The notes under the pieces: generated by a model
Databases searched by the model: none
Seen by the model: only the letters and a program-made list of their open reading frames with translations
Told to the model about the DNA's origin: nothing
Shown here: piece by piece, positions 11,976-21,553 of the stretch
Layout: every line of letters starts with the position of its first letter
Numbering within the stretch: position 1 is the stretch's first letter
Sequence record: NZ_CP010801.1
DNA from: a plasmid
DNA length: 64,000 nucleotides
Reading direction: 5' to 3' (one strand)
Made by a program: the position numbers and the translations under genes

Positions 11976-13034
11976 ATGTCCCTCCGCTCCGCAACCCCAG
12001 CCCTGGCAGCCGCACTGCTGTTCGGCGCAAGCACGCCCTTGGCTAAGACCCTGACTGGCGCGGTTTCACCGATCCTGCTGGCGGGACTGCTCTATCTGGG
12101 AAGTGGCCTTGGCTTGGCGGGTGTTCTGCTATTCAGGCGGCTGACCAGGACAGCCAGCGAGGCGGCACAGCCTGGGCCTGCCATTCCTCGGGGTGAGATT
12201 CCCTGGCTGCTGGGCGCGATTGTCGCCGGCGGCGTGGCGGGGCCAGCACTCCTGATGACGGGGTTGACTCACACGGGCGCCGCGCCCGCGTCGCTATTGC
12301 TGAACGTCGAAGGGGTTTTCACCGCGCTGGTGGCGTGGATCATATTCAAGGAAAACGCCGACCGGCAAATCGTTCTCGGGATGGTCGCCATCGTCGCGGG
12401 CGGCGTGCTGCTGTCGTGGCAACCCGATGCGGCGAGCCTGTCACCGGGCGCCTTGTTGATCGTTGCCGCCTGTGCCTGCTGGGCGATCGACAACAATCTG
12501 ACGCGTAACGTCTCGTCCAACGATGCGGTGTTGATCGCCTGCCTGAAAGGCTTGGTGGCCGGCACCTGCAATACTGGCTTCGCACTGGTGGCCGGCAATG
12601 CGCTGCCGGCTGCGTTGCCTCTTGTCGCGGCCATGGTGGTCGGCTTTGCTGGCTATGGGATTAGCCTGGCGCTATTCGTGGTCGCGCTGCGACATCTGGG
12701 CACCGCGCGCACCGGAGCGTACTTCTCGGTCGCGCCGCTGTTCGGCGTCGTGATTTCATTCCTCATCTGGCCTGAGGTTCCCGGCATTCTGTTCTGGATC
12801 GCTGCGGCGCTGATGGCGCTAGGGGTCTGGCTGCATCTGCGCGAGCGGCACGAGCATGAGCACGTGCACGAGCCCATGGAGCACATGCATGCGCATCGAC
12901 ACGACGAGCACCACCAGCATGAGCACGATTTCCCGTGGGATGGCAAGGAGCCACACGTGCATGCGCACAAGCATGAGGTGCTGGTCCACAAACACCCGCA
13001 TTATCCGGACATCCACCATCGTCATACGCACTAG
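11976..13034 (+). CDS. EamA/DMT-family transporter with a histidine-rich C-terminal tail
   Basis: 352 aa with about 10 predicted TM helices in two EamA-like halves. The C-terminus HEHEHVHEPMEHMHAHRHDEHHQHEHD...HVHAHKHEVLVHKHPHYPDIHHRHTH suggests metal binding. Confidence 0.75.
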   Translation: MSLRSATPALAAALLFGASTPLAKTLTGAVSPILLAGLLYLGSGLGLAGVLLFRRLTRTASEAAQPGPAIPRGEIPWLLGAIVAGGVAGPALLMTGLTHTGAAPASLLLNVEGVFTALVAWIIFKENADRQIVLGMVAIVAGGVLLSWQPDAASLSPGALLIVAACACWAIDNNLTRNVSSNDAVLIACLKGLVAGTCNTGFALVAGNALPAALPLVAAMVVGFAGYGISLALFVVALRHLGTARTGAYFSVAPLFGVVISFLIWPEVPGILFWIAAALMALGVWLHLRERHEHEHVHEPMEHMHAHRHDEHHQHEHDFPWDGKEPHVHAHKHEVLVHKHPHYPDIHHRHTH

Positions 13035-13040
13035 GGCGCG

Positions 13041-14339
13041 ATGCCGGATATTGACCGCTATCTCGAAGCCGCGACCCGCGATAACACGCGGCGCAGCTAC
13101 CAATCGGCCATTCGGCATTTCGAGGTCGAGTGGGGAGGCTTCCTGCCGGCGAGCGCCGACAGCATTGCGCGCTACCTGGCCGACCACGCGCAGACGCTTG
13201 CCATCAACACGCTGCGTCAGCGCCTTGCTGCGATCGGGCAGTGGCACGTTTCACAGGGTTTCCCCGACCCGACCCGGGCGCCACACGTGCGGAAGGTGCT
13301 CAAGGGCATCCAGGCACTGCACCCTGCCCAGGAGCGGCGCGCCAAACCGCTGCAACTCATGCAACTGGAGCGATTGGTCGCGTGGCTCGATGCCCAGATC
13401 GCCACAGCTACGGTGGCAAATGCGGGCCGTCAACTCCAGGTCCACACCCGTAACAAGGCGCTGGTGCTGATCGGCTTCTGGCGGGGTTTCCGATCGGACG
13501 AACTGAGCCGGCTGCAGATCGAGCACATCACCGTCGAACCTGGGCGCGGCATGACCATCTTCCTGCCGCGCACCAAGACAGACCACGTTGGTACGACGCA
13601 CCGGGCACCGGCCTTGTCGCGTCTGTGCCCGGTGGCGGCCTACGAGGCATGGCTGGCCGCATCCGGCTTGACGCGGGGTCCGGTTTTTCGGCGCATCGAT
13701 CGCTGGGGGAAGATCGCCGACGCCGGGCTGCAGGCCGCCAGCGTCGTGCCCTTGTTGCGAACGTTGTTCCAGGAAGCCGGCCTGCCCGAGGCGGCTCGCT
13801 ATAGCAGTCACTCGCTGCGGCGCGGCTTTGCCTCCTGGGCCAACGCGAACCAGTGGGATCTCAAGATGCTGATGGAGTACGTCGGCTGGAAGGATGTCCG
13901 CTCCGCCATGCGCTACATTGACGCGGCAGACCCATTCGCACAACACCGTATCGAATCGGCGCTGGCGCCGCCTGCAGCACCTATGCCACCGCGGGCCATC
14001 CCACCCGCATCGACGGAGCAGCGCCCCATGGCTGTGCCCAAGCCCGTGGCTCAGACGCGCTTGATCGTGCGCCTCTATATCGAGCGCAACAGCAAGTTCG
14101 TGCGCGGCAAGTCCAAGGCGCGTCGCTGGATTGAGCAGTGCTGCTTGGCCCAGTACCAAATGCGGCCGCTGGAGGGCCCCCGCACCGAATACGAGATCGT
14201 GATGCCGTTTGCCGCTGGCCCCGAACTGGAACAGGCCATCGCGGAACTGATTGCGGAGATGCACGACCAGGCGGACCTGTGCAACTGCTTTGTCGAGGTG
14301 ACGCTGCACGATCCGGTGACCGATACCCACTGGAGCTAA
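13041..14339 (+). CDS. tyrosine site-specific recombinase (phage-integrase family) with a roughly 110-aa C-terminal extension
   Basis: 432 aa. An N-terminal core-binding-like region leads into a catalytic domain (…HSLRRGFASWA…VGWKDVRSAMRY…) carrying the R..H..R..Y signature. It is convergent with and adjacent to a Tn3-family tnpA. Confidence 0.8.
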   Translation: MPDIDRYLEAATRDNTRRSYQSAIRHFEVEWGGFLPASADSIARYLADHAQTLAINTLRQRLAAIGQWHVSQGFPDPTRAPHVRKVLKGIQALHPAQERRAKPLQLMQLERLVAWLDAQIATATVANAGRQLQVHTRNKALVLIGFWRGFRSDELSRLQIEHITVEPGRGMTIFLPRTKTDHVGTTHRAPALSRLCPVAAYEAWLAASGLTRGPVFRRIDRWGKIADAGLQAASVVPLLRTLFQEAGLPEAARYSSHSLRRGFASWANANQWDLKMLMEYVGWKDVRSAMRYIDAADPFAQHRIESALAPPAAPMPPRAIPPASTEQRPMAVPKPVAQTRLIVRLYIERNSKFVRGKSKARRWIEQCCLAQYQMRPLEGPRTEYEIVMPFAAGPELEQAIAELIAEMHDQADLCNCFVEVTLHDPVTDTHWS

Positions 14340-14364
14340 TCAGCCTGGGACTTGCGAATTGCCA

Positions 14365-17340
14365 TTATCCCGCACGCCGGCGAGGCGCTGCCTCCAGCAG
14401 GGTGTCCTGGTACTGGTGGATCGGGAAACTCAGGATGCCCCGGAAATTCACATGCGCGAAGTGGGCCGGGCCCATGCGGCGCAGCCAGTCGTCTTCGACG
14501 CGCAGCCCCTTGCGGCGCCACGCATCGACCGTGGCCTGCATACGCTGCGTGTTCCAGGCAATCACCAGGTTCGTCAGTAGGGTCAGCGATCCGGAAATCG
14601 CGATCATTTCGTCCTGACGGCGCCCGCGGTCATGTGCCACCTTGCTGGAATAGATGGCCCGCTGAAGCTGGTGGACCGACTCACCCCGATTGAGCAGGGT
14701 GCGCAACTCGCGGCGAAACTCCGCATTGCTGAAGAAGTCGCACAGGAACAGCGTGCGCAGCAGTTTGCCCAGGTGATCCGCAGCTTTGTGGATGGGGTCG
14801 CCTTGGGCGGCGCTGCCGAAGCGCTGCAGCGCGACAATCGCACTCACGCGTCCCGAATAGATTGACGCCACCAAGCGCAGCAACCCATCCCAGCCCTCAC
14901 GAATAGTCTTGAGCGAGATCTCGTGAGACGCTGCGGCCGACAAGCCGTCGCTCACTAGCAGCCCACGCGGCACGTACAGCTTGCGCTCGGACAGGTTGCG
15001 AAGCCATGGGCACAGGTCAAAGCCGAGCAATTTGGCCACCGCCATCCCCACGTTCGTATAGCCGTGCGTATCGACCGCGAGCCGGAGGAGCCCGCCGCCG
15101 GTACGGGTCTCGTTGTGGCGCAGCACGCCTTCGATCGCTACGCCGGTCTGCCGCTCGTTGAGCACCATGGGCTGGTTGTACGCGATACCGTGCTGGTCCA
15201 GCACGTGGGTGTAGATGCCAACCGCATGGGTGCGCCGGCGCGGATCGGCGCGTGCGTAAAACAAGTGGGGTGAGGTATCCAGGCTCATCGAGTCGCTCGA
15301 CGCCTGCTGACCGGTTCCCCACAGCTCGGTGATCGCGTGCGTGCGTTGGAACTCCACCACGCGCTCATTCGCGCGGCGCAGCCGCCCCGGCATCTCCAAC
15401 GCGCGCATCGCAGTAGAGACGTGCGCCGTGTCCAATTGCGGGATCATGGCCGCCACACCCTTGGCATCCAGTTCGGTACCGTGGGCGATCAATGCAGCGT
15501 AGAGCGAGATCAACTCGTGCGCATCGCGCGCCTTGCGTGCGAGCAGCACCTCGCTGAAATTCGTACGGGCATCCATCTCCAGGATCATGTCGGCAAACTG
15601 CGCGCTGCCAATGTCCTTGAAGAGCAGATCACGTGTACGCGTGGGTACACCGTCGGTTGGGGCCGCGTCCAGCGGCGACAGATGCAACACACCGTTCGCA
15701 TCCATCGTGAAGTGACCCGCCTCGCGGGCCTCGTCCAGCGCCGCAAGACCTGCCTTCAGATGATCCGTGAGGCGGTTGAGGTAGGTGTCAGCCTGGTTCG
15801 GCAAACCGATCGAGGACAGATACCGGTCCCGCTCCGATTCCCACTGTGTCGGCGGGATCAGCAACTGATCGCGCTCCCGGAACGACAGGCTGTGGCTGAT
15901 CCAGACCGTGCCGCGGCGCAGAGCTTTGCGCAAGCCCGTGATCGCGCAGGCTTCCATCGCGCGCAGCGCGCGCTTACGATCTTCGCCATCGACCAAATCA
16001 CGCCAGCTTGCGCTCACCGGCACATTGCAATCGGGCGGCAGTTCCGTCGCACCATGTTCGTACAGCTTGCCGATGACCTCAAGCTGCCGCATGACCGGCT
16101 CGTTGCCGTTTCCGGCCAGCTCCAATTCCCGCAGGGGCGCCAGCAGGTTGCGGATGCGGTGGTGATCTTCTGTGAGTGTTTCGCGCACGCTCGCGGCATG
16201 GCTTGCGGTGGGCTTGGCAGACAGGCCTTCGAGCAGCTGGCCGATGTCTGCCAGGCGCGCTTCGGCCGAGCGACTGTCGTCGTCAACCAGCCCCTTGATC
16301 TCGACCAGTTGCTGCCGGTATTGGAGCGCCGAGCGCGCTTGCTTCGTAGTGGTCTTGTTGTAGGCCTGCCTGATGAGATCGGAGACGCGGCGTCCGGCCT
16401 GGTAGGCCATCGCGTCCGTCAACTCCAGCAGGGTCACACGCAGGAAGAACAACAGTTCGATGGTGCGCGTGGACGTTTTCAGTTCGCGGATCTTGGCAGG
16501 ACGGCGGGCCTGGACGCGCTGGCCATAGGCGCGTTGTTTCTCGATCGGGATGCCATCCAACGCCCAGGTATGCGCGCCCAGTCCTTTGAGAAAGCGGATT
16601 TTGTCCAGCGTCTCGCTCATGGTGGACGGGCTGTGGCGTGCGGGCGGCGTCTTGAGCCATTCCAGCACGGTCGAACTGGAGGCCGCATGCTGGGCAAATA
16701 CAGCGGCCTCAGCCCGCGCAACCTGCTCCATGGGCACGACCGCTTCAATCGTGGCCAGCAGGTCACGCTCGATGCTCGCCCAAATGGAACGCGCCAAGTC
16801 CTGCAACGCGCGCGTGGAAGGGATCAGAATCCGCCGTTCGTACAGCCAGTAGTTGGCGTGCTGGACCAGCTCGTCCAGCGACAGCGATTCGGTGGCGTCC
16901 TGCCGCATCCAGGCTTCGAGGCCCGTCCACTGGTCTTCATCCAGCCGCCTCAGGCCGAGGTAATCGCAAGCCCAGACCTGATGCTCGTAAAGCGTCTTGT
17001 AGCGTTGGTAGATTGTGCGTAGTGACGCAATGGTCGGGGTTGGCAAGCCGAGCTTGTCGCCGACGTAGCGCAGCAACTGCCGGGGTAGGGTATTGAGCTG
17101 GTCGAGGGTGCGGCCGCTAGCACGCAGGAAAACCAGCTGAATGGCGGCGCCGGCTCGCCCGTCCCGTCGGAACTTGTTGTTAATCGCGGCGATATCGCTG
17201 CCGGTCAAGGCAAAGTAATGATCGATATCGAACTCGGATAAGCGGGCCGGTAAGCAGTCCTTTCCCACATAGCGAAATTGCAAGTCCGACATCTTCCGCC
17301 CCCGTTCAGGTGACGCGATCCGAAATCGCGGGGCGGACAT
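14365..17340 (-). CDS. tnpA: Tn3-family transposase TnpA (distinct from both the mer-transposon and IS1071 copies)
   Basis: 991 aa (an alternative start at 17292 gives MSDLQFRYVGKD...). Tn3-family conservation spans the whole length, e.g. ...AVDTHGYTNVGMAVAKLLGFDLCPWL... It is only distantly similar to the other two TnpA copies in the window. Confidence 0.9.
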   Translation of the reverse strand: MSAPRFRIASPERGRKMSDLQFRYVGKDCLPARLSEFDIDHYFALTGSDIAAINNKFRRDGRAGAAIQLVFLRASGRTLDQLNTLPRQLLRYVGDKLGLPTPTIASLRTIYQRYKTLYEHQVWACDYLGLRRLDEDQWTGLEAWMRQDATESLSLDELVQHANYWLYERRILIPSTRALQDLARSIWASIERDLLATIEAVVPMEQVARAEAAVFAQHAASSSTVLEWLKTPPARHSPSTMSETLDKIRFLKGLGAHTWALDGIPIEKQRAYGQRVQARRPAKIRELKTSTRTIELLFFLRVTLLELTDAMAYQAGRRVSDLIRQAYNKTTTKQARSALQYRQQLVEIKGLVDDDSRSAEARLADIGQLLEGLSAKPTASHAASVRETLTEDHHRIRNLLAPLRELELAGNGNEPVMRQLEVIGKLYEHGATELPPDCNVPVSASWRDLVDGEDRKRALRAMEACAITGLRKALRRGTVWISHSLSFRERDQLLIPPTQWESERDRYLSSIGLPNQADTYLNRLTDHLKAGLAALDEAREAGHFTMDANGVLHLSPLDAAPTDGVPTRTRDLLFKDIGSAQFADMILEMDARTNFSEVLLARKARDAHELISLYAALIAHGTELDAKGVAAMIPQLDTAHVSTAMRALEMPGRLRRANERVVEFQRTHAITELWGTGQQASSDSMSLDTSPHLFYARADPRRRTHAVGIYTHVLDQHGIAYNQPMVLNERQTGVAIEGVLRHNETRTGGGLLRLAVDTHGYTNVGMAVAKLLGFDLCPWLRNLSERKLYVPRGLLVSDGLSAAASHEISLKTIREGWDGLLRLVASIYSGRVSAIVALQRFGSAAQGDPIHKAADHLGKLLRTLFLCDFFSNAEFRRELRTLLNRGESVHQLQRAIYSSKVAHDRGRRQDEMIAISGSLTLLTNLVIAWNTQRMQATVDAWRRKGLRVEDDWLRRMGPAHFAHVNFRGILSFPIHQYQDTLLEAAPRRRAG

Positions 17341-17419
17341 CGTACTCCCGAAGACGCCGGAAGGCAGCAGACAATAGTCGGAATCACCTGGAAAGCCTTA
17401 TGAAAAAAGGCTTTGCCGG

Positions 17420-17457
17420 GAAACCGCCAGATTTTGCACGAGAAGTACGATTACCCC
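17420..17457. repeat. candidate terminal IR of the second Tn3-family element (outer end ...GATTACCCC)
   Basis: A GGGG-terminated sequence sits about 100 bp outside the tnpA 5' end, as in Tn4651/Tn5041-like elements. No partner IR was found in the window. Confidence 0.25.
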
Positions 17458-17506
17458 TACGAGCGATACCGAACTGGCATACGGTGACGAAGCAGACCTC
17501 GCAACA

Positions 17507-17731
17507 ATGCGCGCAGAGCATGAAGCGAGATTCACTGCTCAGGCCGCGCTGACCAAGCGGCTTGGCCAGGTCGAATCAGCACTGGTCCGCTTGCGCCGCG
17601 GGGAATATGGGATCTGTGAACTCACAGGGGAAGAGATCCCCATCGAACGCCTGCGTGCAAATCCGCTGGCGACGCGCACGATCGAGGCACAAGAGCGCGC
17701 CGAGCGCCGCAGCCGACTGTTCGCAGTCTGA
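17507..17731 (+). CDS. TraR/DksA-family protein with a degenerate C4 zinc finger
   Basis: 74 aa, ...RLRRGEYGICELTGEEIPIERLRANPLATRTIEAQERAE... It aligns to the TraR/DksA zinc-finger region, but only one of the four Cys residues is retained. Confidence 0.5.
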   Translation: MRAEHEARFTAQAALTKRLGQVESALVRLRRGEYGICELTGEEIPIERLRANPLATRTIEAQERAERRSRLFAV

Positions 17732-17739
17732 GAACGATC

Positions 17740-18156
17740 ATGAGCAAAAGCCCGACCACAGGCCGCCAGTACAACGCTCAGGCAACTTCAGACGCATCTA
17801 CGCCCTATCGGGGGTGTTTCGTGTCCGGCGATTGGCTCGAGGGATGCCCTCGAATCCTTGCGTACGCGAAGGGGCTCAATTGGGCCGAGCCGCTATTTCC
17901 GAAGGATTCCGTGGTGGAGATTGTGCGCCTGATGCGGGGCAAAGTGATCTTCGACGAGGCCGCGTACGCCGTGAGTGTGTTCGAGGACTCTGGCGCGGCA
18001 ACGACTATAGGCGTACAGCAGATCACCATCGAGGGCAAACGTGTCGAGGTGTACCAAGTTGGCGCTGGATGGAACTGGGTCGATGCGGACCTACCTGCGC
18101 TTCAGGCCCGACGGAGCGAATGGCGTGTGAGACAGGTGAAGCCGACGGGACGCTGA
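17740..18156 (+). CDS. hypothetical protein; N-terminal domain paralogous to 51446..52111
   Basis: Shares the pattern C.V(S/T)GDWL(E/D)G(C/S)P.I.A ... G.V.FD ... Q.I...G.R.EV(Y/F).VG.GW.W with the other copy. Confidence 0.5.
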   Translation: MSKSPTTGRQYNAQATSDASTPYRGCFVSGDWLEGCPRILAYAKGLNWAEPLFPKDSVVEIVRLMRGKVIFDEAAYAVSVFEDSGAATTIGVQQITIEGKRVEVYQVGAGWNWVDADLPALQARRSEWRVRQVKPTGR

Positions 18157-18223
18157 GTCGCCCGCAGAAACAGGTACGCAACGCGTGATTGGATAAGCAA
18201 TTACTAGATAACTATGTTGCTAC

Positions 18224-19045
18224 ATGACCAATGCGTGCAACTTAACCAAAATTCGTCCTACAATGGGCGCCAAGATCAACCAACTTCTTCCTGAGACAAC
18301 CATGCGCAGCTTTACCGATCTCTGCACGATGGCCTTCGAGCGTTTGCGTTCCCCAGTCGATGGGGCGTTGAACGTCTCCTTCTACGCAATGGATCGTGCG
18401 ACCCCGTCACTGCATGTTGTCGAGTGCCGCCCGGAAGTCGCCTCCTTTTACGCCGAGGGACAAATCCCCGGTCATGAGGAGGTTGGCGCCATCACATGTG
18501 GAATGACGCCAGGCGAGGTCCGCGTTGGGTTGATCATGCCGCCGTCGGCAGTGTTCGGCGACGCTCAGTCGCTCAAGATGGAGATCAGTCACGCCTACGA
18601 CGGTTTGCCGGCCGACATCATTCGCACGCTGCCAGGCCGGCGCACGTTGTTCGATCGTGTCTTCAACGAAGCCCCGTTCGACGCGCACTGGATGCGACAG
18701 GCTCTGGAGGATGACGCGGCAGCGCAAATGCTGGTCGAGCGCCTGAGCTACATTGTCAGCACCATTTGGCGCACCGGCATGCAGGTGCTTGCTGACGCCG
18801 GCATGATGGAGTTGAGCGACACGGTACTTGTCTGGAGCGCAGTGCAACTGCAGCCCCACGACATCTGCAAGAAATTCCACGTCGTAATCGTCGACAGCGC
18901 TCGTCAGGAAGATGGGCGCTGGGTAACAGTGCTGCGTTCAAACCTGCCGGCCAATTTCCTCGAGAAGGCGATGAATTCGGAGGGCTACGAAGTCACGGTC
19001 AGTTCAGTGGAGGATGTCCAGGAGATGCCAGAACTGGCAGCTTGA
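18224..19045 (+). CDS. hypothetical protein
   Basis: 273-aa ORF with protein-like composition. Its start overlaps a GTTGCTACA motif. Confidence 0.45.
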   Translation: MTNACNLTKIRPTMGAKINQLLPETTMRSFTDLCTMAFERLRSPVDGALNVSFYAMDRATPSLHVVECRPEVASFYAEGQIPGHEEVGAITCGMTPGEVRVGLIMPPSAVFGDAQSLKMEISHAYDGLPADIIRTLPGRRTLFDRVFNEAPFDAHWMRQALEDDAAAQMLVERLSYIVSTIWRTGMQVLADAGMMELSDTVLVWSAVQLQPHDICKKFHVVIVDSARQEDGRWVTVLRSNLPANFLEKAMNSEGYEVTVSSVEDVQEMPELAA

Positions 19046-19100
19046 CGAGCACCTGGCAGTCGAACCCAAAGCCGCGCGGCCTGAAAACCGCGCGGCTTTT

Positions 19101-19367
19101 TCATATGTCCTCGCTATAGCTCGTTCGCTTGCGATCGAGCTCCATGAGCACCTTAGCGCGCGGCTGCAGATTGCGCAGAACCGTCGCGTGCGCCTCCCAC
19201 AGCAAGTGCAGAAGGCTCTTGACGTGCCCCCAAAGGGCCGAGTGCGGCGACAACTCCTTGAACATCCACACGAGGATGGCCCGCAGCGGAGGCAGTACCA
19301 GGAACGCCAGCAGGACGAAAAATCCGTAGAAAAGCAGGGACGCGACGTTGATTGAAGAGCCGTGCAT
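19101..19367 (-). CDS. small membrane protein, hypothetical
   Basis: 88 aa with a hydrophobic N-terminal half (LLFYGFFVLLAFLVLPPL). It is divergent from the trb operon. Confidence 0.4.
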   Translation of the reverse strand: MHGSSINVASLLFYGFFVLLAFLVLPPLRAILVWMFKELSPHSALWGHVKSLLHLLWEAHATVLRNLQPRAKVLMELDRKRTSYSEDI

Positions 19368-19517
19368 AACTGGTATTCCGAAGAAATGTGATTAGACATT
19401 ATATGGCTTCGTTGCGTTACTTAGCATTGCCGTGCTAGCATAATTCTAGTTATGCCGCCTCTCGAAAAGAGACAACCACACGTCTGACAGCAGGACACGC
19501 CTGTTTGTCCCGAGTAC

Positions 19518-19835
19518 ATGCAACTCAATCCCTCCAAACCGGTTCTGGGCATCGTCTCCACGCTTGCCTTCCTGTACTTGATTTACCTCTTCCTGACCGG
19601 TGATCCGCTGGAGAGGATCAACAGGACGTGCGCGCCATTGTTCCAGTGGCCAGCGAAGGTCGTTATTGGCGGAGTGCGAATCTTTTCCCCCGGCTCCGCA
19701 CAGGCAGTGGAATCCAAGTTCGATACCGGCTTCCAAACATGCCGGCAGTGGGTCTGGAATTCGTTCTATGCCGCCGACTACGCGCGTCTGCGGACTCGCA
19801 CTGCCGAGGACAATCGAGGCGGGGCCAACCAATGA
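19518..19835 (+). CDS. small membrane protein, hypothetical, translationally coupled to trbB
   Basis: 105 aa with one TM segment (VLGIVSTLAFLYLIYLFL). Its stop overlaps the trbB start (ATGA). Confidence 0.45.
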   Translation: MQLNPSKPVLGIVSTLAFLYLIYLFLTGDPLERINRTCAPLFQWPAKVVIGGVRIFSPGSAQAVESKFDTGFQTCRQWVWNSFYAADYARLRTRTAEDNRGGANQ

Positions 19836-20896
19836 AGCGCCCATGGGCAAGCCAGGTTGAAGAGGCGCAGCGGCTATTGTGGGATCGGCTGTCTGCGCTG
19901 CGCGAATATCTCGATGACTCGACTGTCACCGAAATCATGCTCAACCCGACGGCAGACGGCGAGATCCGCGTCTTCATCGAACGGGCTGGTCGCATGGCGA
20001 TGGTGGACGCACGCGTCGATCAGATGGCGGTGGATGCCTCTATCCGCGCAATCATGATGCTCAACGACAAGGACGTCGGTTCGCTGATGGATGCTCGCCT
20101 GGCCGGCGTACGGGTCGCGGCGGCACTCCCACCAGTGTCGATTCACGGCCCGATGCTCGTCATCCGAAAGCACGCATCCAGGCGCTTTCGCCTGGATGAA
20201 TATGTGCAGAGCGGTGCGTTTCTACCGGGCGGCGGGGCGGCTGGCCAGCAAACCGAGCACGGTATGACCGCGCAGCAAGATTTCGAGCATCAGGCTTCCC
20301 AGGGTGGGCGGGGGCTGCTGGAATTTATACGGTGGGCGGTGCAGGCCCAGCGCAACATCATTGTTTGCGGCGGCACCGGGTCGGGTAAGACCACGCTGCT
20401 GTCGTCGTGCATGCTTGAGGTCTCCCCCGACGATCGCGTGATCACTTGCGAGGACACCAACGAGATCGTGCTGGACCAGCCGAACGTCGTTCAGCTGGAA
20501 GCAAACGCCGCGCATGGCATCGGGATCCGCGACTTGATCCGCACCTGCCTGCGTTCGCGCCCCGATCGGATCATCGTTGGCGAAATTCGCGGCCCGGAGG
20601 CCTACGACTTCCTGGACGCAATGAACACTGGCCACGGCGGCTCGCTATGCACGCTGCATGCCGACTCCGCCTCCCTGGCACTTCAGCGTCTTGAATCTCT
20701 CATGCGTATGTCCCCGAACGCGGCCAACTTGCCGCTGCGCGACATGCGCGCCCAGATCGCGTCAGCAATCCACTACGTCGTCTTCCAGGCGCGGGTGGAT
20801 GGCGTGCGTGGCCCCCGCGAGGTCATCGGCCTCGACGGGATCGACGAGCGCGGTGAGTACCGCATCCGCCGCGTTTACGCGGCATCTTCCACCTGA
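19832..20896 (+). CDS. trbB: type IV secretion ATPase TrbB/VirB11
   Basis: Walker A IIVCGGTGSGKTTLL, Asp/His boxes, and the VirB11/CpaF-family core ...GEIRGPEAYDFLDAMNTGHGGSLCTLHA... Confidence 0.85.
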   Translation: MKRPWASQVEEAQRLLWDRLSALREYLDDSTVTEIMLNPTADGEIRVFIERAGRMAMVDARVDQMAVDASIRAIMMLNDKDVGSLMDARLAGVRVAAALPPVSIHGPMLVIRKHASRRFRLDEYVQSGAFLPGGGAAGQQTEHGMTAQQDFEHQASQGGRGLLEFIRWAVQAQRNIIVCGGTGSGKTTLLSSCMLEVSPDDRVITCEDTNEIVLDQPNVVQLEANAAHGIGIRDLIRTCLRSRPDRIIVGEIRGPEAYDFLDAMNTGHGGSLCTLHADSASLALQRLESLMRMSPNAANLPLRDMRAQIASAIHYVVFQARVDGVRGPREVIGLDGIDERGEYRIRRVYAASST

Positions 20897-20905
20897 GGTC
20901 TTTCC

Positions 20906-21235
20906 ATGAAAAAGCGCGTTCTCTTTCCGGCCCTGTTGCTCGCCACCCTGCCTGGCGCCTCGTGGGCGCAATTCAACGGCAATGGTTCCAGCGGCGTGGC
21001 CAGCGGCATCGTCGCCGGCATCTGCGGCTTCATCAAGCCGTTCGTCGGCTCGAACTCGCAGGTGCTGTCGGTGGTCTTCCTGCTCACACTGGGCGTGATG
21101 GTGCTGCTGTGGATGCTCAATGAAAACAAGGAAGGCGTGATGGTCTGGCTGCTGCGCACCGGCGTTGCGCTGGCTCTGCTGATCAACATCTTCACGCTGC
21201 CGCAGCTGATCGGCCTGCCGGCCGTCGCCTGCTGA
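20906..21235 (+). CDS. trbC: T4SS pilin TrbC/VirB2
   Basis: 109 aa with a signal peptide (ends ASWA-QF) followed by two hydrophobic segments, typical of VirB2 pilins. Confidence 0.75.
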   Translation: MKKRVLFPALLLATLPGASWAQFNGNGSSGVASGIVAGICGFIKPFVGSNSQVLSVVFLLTLGVMVLLWMLNENKEGVMVWLLRTGVALALLINIFTLPQLIGLPAVAC

Positions 21236-21241
21236 TCAGGC

Positions 21242-21550
21242 ATGCGCCAATCCTACGACTGCGAGGGCGTCAACACGCCCAAGACGATTGCTGGCGTCGA
21301 ATGGAAGATCGTCGTCGGTGTCGGCCTGTTCTTCGGCTTCGGCGCGCTGATGTACCGCGTGCCGCAAGTCCTGATCCTGCCGGCACTGGTCATCATGTTC
21401 CTGCGCGGTCCAGGCCTGCGCGATCCGTTCTTCCTGCGCGTCTATCTGCGCCACCGGGCGCACCGCGACCGGTACTCGCCGGCGTACTGCGCGCTTCCCA
21501 ACCTGCGTTTCCCACGCCCGCCCGGCTTCGGGCGGCGCAACTGGTTCTGA
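21242..21550 (+). CDS. trbD: T4SS protein TrbD/VirB3
   Basis: 102-aa small membrane protein lying between the pilin gene and the VirB4 ATPase gene. Confidence 0.7.
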   Translation: MRQSYDCEGVNTPKTIAGVEWKIVVGVGLFFGFGALMYRVPQVLILPALVIMFLRGPGLRDPFFLRVYLRHRAHRDRYSPAYCALPNLRFPRPPGFGRRNWF

Positions 21551-21553
21551 GCG

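Noticed and set aside
15337-17022. 561-aa plus-strand ORF
   Set aside because: Antisense to the 991-aa Tn3-family transposase. The translation has no motifs and is extremely Arg/Gln/Ala-rich.
17390-17416. Hairpin AAAGCCTT-N8-AAGGCTTT just outside the tnpA start
   Set aside because: Perfect 8-bp stem but no adjacent T-run on either strand, so it is unlikely to be an intrinsic terminator. Possibly incidental or part of the transposon end.
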